From NCBI GenBank assembly GCA_965223705.1, contig OZ245015.1, positions 1,376,001 to 1,440,000 on the forward strand: 64,000 bases of DNA, read 5' to 3'. The notes under the pieces were generated by a model. That model worked only from the letters and a program-made list of their open reading frames with translations, had not been told where the DNA came from and ran no database searches. The stretch's first letter is position 1. Each line of letters begins with the position of its first letter. This DNA is from Myxococcota bacterium (GTDB taxonomy: Bacteria > Myxococcota_A > UBA9160 > UBA6930). Positions 61,531 through 64,000 of this stretch are shown here, one piece after another. The translations under genes were made by a program, and so were the position numbers.

Positions 61531-62067
61531 GTGTTAACGCGAGCGCAAAAAGAAGAAGCCGTCGCCTCGCTCCGCGACAAGTTCGAACGCGCGTCGAGTG
61601 TGTTCGTCGCGGACTACCGGGGCCTCAGTGTTTCGGACGTGAACACCCTGCGCGGAAAGCTGCGGGAAGCTGGCGACGGTTACGAATACCAGGTCGCCAA
61701 GAACACGCTGCTTCGTCGGGCCGTCGACGGAACCGATGCCGCCGAACTCAAGGGCCATTTCGAAGGGCCGACGGCCGTGGCGTTTTCCTTCACCGACCCG
61801 GTGGGGATCGCGAAGGCTCTCGTCGGTTACGCGAAAGAAAACGAAGCCCTCGAGCTGCGCGGCGGAATGGTTGACGGGAAGCCCGTCGACACCGGCGAGA
61901 TCGCGACGCTGGCGACGCTCCCCGGACTCGACGAACTCCGCGGAAAACTGATCGGGCTCCTGCAAGCGCCCGCTCAGCAGCTGGCTTCTATCGTGCAGGC
62001 GCCGGGCGGGCAGCTCGCACGGTTGATCGAGGCTCGCCGAGCACAACTCGGCGAGGCGGGCGAGTAG
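61531..62067 (+). CDS. rplJ: 50S ribosomal protein L10
   Basis: DYRGL, V.KNTL, GPTA, LA.LP...EL. Confidence 0.96.
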   Translation: MLTRAQKEEAVASLRDKFERASSVFVADYRGLSVSDVNTLRGKLREAGDGYEYQVAKNTLLRRAVDGTDAAELKGHFEGPTAVAFSFTDPVGIAKALVGYAKENEALELRGGMVDGKPVDTGEIATLATLPGLDELRGKLIGLLQAPAQQLASIVQAPGGQLARLIEARRAQLGEAGE

Positions 62068-62194
62068 CCGCCCGCGAAAACCGGCGCCGAGCCGGAAAGT
62101 GACACGCGGCGTGGAAGCGCCGCGAGATTGAGAACACTGTGCGGGTCGCCTGGCACCCGCCGCGACTGCCCCGAAATGGGGAAAAGGAAAAGAC

Positions 62195-62572
62195 ATGGCC
62201 GACTTGAACGCAATCGTCGAACAGCTCTCTGGACTCACCGTGATGGAGGCCGCAGAACTCGCGAAGCTGCTCGAGGAAAGTTGGGGCGTCTCAGCCGCTG
62301 CACCGGTCGCCGTGGCCGCGGCAGCGCCGGGCGCTGGCGGCGAGGCGGCCGCGGAGGCGAAGGACGAATTCGACGTCATCCTCGTCGCCGCGGGTGACAA
62401 GAAGATCCAGGTGATTAAGGAAGTTCGTGCGATTACCGGCTTGGGCCTGAAAGAGGCCAAGGAGTTGGTCGAAGGTGCACCGAAGCCGATCAAGGAAGGC
62501 GTTGCGAAGGACGAGGCCGACAAGCTCAAAGAGCAGATCGAGGGTGCCGGGGGTCAAGTGGACGTGAAGTAG
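62195..62572 (+). CDS. rplL: 50S ribosomal protein L7/L12
   Basis: [31 protein letters not shown]. Confidence 0.98.
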   Translation: MADLNAIVEQLSGLTVMEAAELAKLLEESWGVSAAAPVAVAAAAPGAGGEAAAEAKDEFDVILVAAGDKKIQVIKEVRAITGLGLKEAKELVEGAPKPIKEGVAKDEADKLKEQIEGAGGQVDVK

Positions 62573-62659
62573 ACACCGCGCCGGTGTCTCTGCTGGGCTG
62601 GCCGAGAGGCCCCGTAGCAAGCCCAGCCGATCGTTCATACCCCCAACCCGGAGGCTCTC

Positions 62660-64000
62660 TTGGCCGACATTCAGTTTTGTGAAAACGCTCCGCGCTTGCG
62701 CAAAGAGTTCTCGAAGATTCCTCGAATCCTCGAGATCCCGAACCTGATCGAGATTCAGAAAGAATCCTTCGAAGGATTTCTGCAGACCCGCATCGAGCCC
62801 GAAAAACGCGAGAGCGTGGGGCTTCAGGCGGTGTTCAACTCCGTGTTCCCGATCAAGGATTTCAACGACACCGCTTCGCTCGAGTTCGTTGGCTACACCT
62901 TGGAGGAACCGAAGTACGACGTCGAAGAATGTCTCCAGCGGGGGATGACATACGCAGCGCCGTTCAAGGTCACGATTCGGCTCGTGGCTTGGGACGACGC
63001 GGGTGGTTCTCAGACGATTCGCGACGTCAAGGAACAAGAGGTCTACTTCGGCGAAATCCCGATCATGACGGACAACGGAACGTTCATCGTGAACGGAACC
63101 GAACGCGTGATCGTCTCCCAGCTACACCGATCGCCCGGCATCTTTTTCGACACGACGCGTTCGACAACGGTCAGCGCCGCGGGCAAGAAGATCTTTTCCT
63201 GCCGAATCATTCCCTATCGCGGTTCCTGGCTCGACCTCGAGTTCGATCACAAGGATCTCCTGCACGCGCGCATCGACCGCCGGCGGAAGATTCTGGTCAC
63301 GGTGCTTCTGAAGGCGCTCGGCTACACGGCCGAGGACATGCTGTCCTACTTCTATACCCCGGAGAAGATTCGCCTCGACGGGAAGAAGATCATGAAGGCC
63401 GTGGTCCCCGAGATCCTCGTGGGCCAGCGCTGCACGAAGGAGGTCAAGTCCGACGACGGAACGGTGCTGGTTCGCAAGGACCGGAAATTCACCGCCGCAG
63501 CGGTACGCCGCATCGGTGAGGCCGGCATCGAATGGATCCAGGTCGGCGAAGACGACGTGATTCGAGACGACTCCATCAAGCGCGCCGTGCCGGTCGATAT
63601 CGTCGACGAGAGCACAGGCGAAGTCGTGATCGAGTGCAACGAAGAGTTCACGGCAGAGCACCTCGAGGAGCTCCGTGCGCGGGGAATCAGCGAGATTCCG
63701 CTCCTTTACCTCGACCCGCTGACAAGCGGCGCGGCGTTGCGGGATACCTTGCTCGCCGACAAGACGGTGACGCGCGAAGAAGCGATCATCGATATCTATC
63801 GCCGTCTACGCCCGGGAGACCCGCCGACCCTCGATACGGCGACGAACCTCTTCCACAACTTGTTCTTCAACCCGGAGCGCTACGACCTCTCGCGGGTCGG
63901 TCGGCTGAAGCTCAATCACAAGCTGGCGTTCGATCCCGAAGAGCGTGTGCTGATCAAACCGCAGAGCGACGAGGGGCAGGCGGAAGAAGTGCCCCTGGGT
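62660..64000 (+). CDS. rpoB: RNA polymerase beta subunit (3'-truncated by window; absent from the ORF track because no stop in window)
   Basis: TTG start after GGAGG; translates to EIPNLIEIQ, VFPI.DF, GTFIVNGTERVIVSQLHRSPG, IPYRGSWL, YRRLRPGDPPT, RYDLSRVGR. Confidence 0.97.
   Translation, partial: MADIQFCENAPRLRKEFSKIPRILEIPNLIEIQKESFEGFLQTRIEPEKRESVGLQAVFNSVFPIKDFNDTASLEFVGYTLEEPKYDVEECLQRGMTYAAPFKVTIRLVAWDDAGGSQTIRDVKEQEVYFGEIPIMTDNGTFIVNGTERVIVSQLHRSPGIFFDTTRSTTVSAAGKKIFSCRIIPYRGSWLDLEFDHKDLLHARIDRRRKILVTVLLKALGYTAEDMLSYFYTPEKIRLDGKKIMKAVVPEILVGQRCTKEVKSDDGTVLVRKDRKFTAAAVRRIGEAGIEWIQVGEDDVIRDDSIKRAVPVDIVDESTGEVVIECNEEFTAEHLEELRARGISEIPLLYLDPLTSGAALRDTLLADKTVTREEAIIDIYRRLRPGDPPTLDTATNLFHNLFFNPERYDLSRVGRLKLNHKLAFDPEERVLIKPQSDEGQAEEVPLG

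Overview
A GC-rich bacterial chromosome segment. Gene content (two DUF4388-like proteins, a PilZ multidomain protein, a Hanks-type kinase, GldAFG-like ABC genes, NuoD ending GECDR) suggests a Myxococcota/deltaproteobacterial-type organism; this is inference. It is mostly housekeeping and metabolic: purL(3')-purF, nadB, pgsA, a PerR-rubrerythrin-FeS-DUF3501 operon, apaG, aat, clpS-clpA, ispH, two acyl-CoA dehydrogenase pairs, hemE-hemG(Y), lpd-E2-lipB, a dihydroorotase-like gene, hsp20, rlmB, 8 tRNAs and tuf-secE-nusG-rplKAJL-rpoB(5'). I saw no CRISPR array, integrase or transposase. Best leads: (1) a divergent, stand-alone complex I Q-module set (nuoB...nuoI-nuoC-nuoD plus a coupled unknown ORF) flanking lpd-E2-lipB, with no NADH-input, membrane-arm or E1 genes in the window; (2) a TAnnnT-N6/7-start-codon signature of leaderless transcription at 12 genes; (3) two genes (lipB, MATE) that appear to need non-canonical ATT/GTC starts; (4) a 13-bp hairpin that competes with the tRNA-Leu(UAA) acceptor stem; (5) an operon of secreted metallo-hydrolases with an ABC system carrying a His-rich GldG-like subunit. 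All family calls come from reading motifs by eye, not from database searches.
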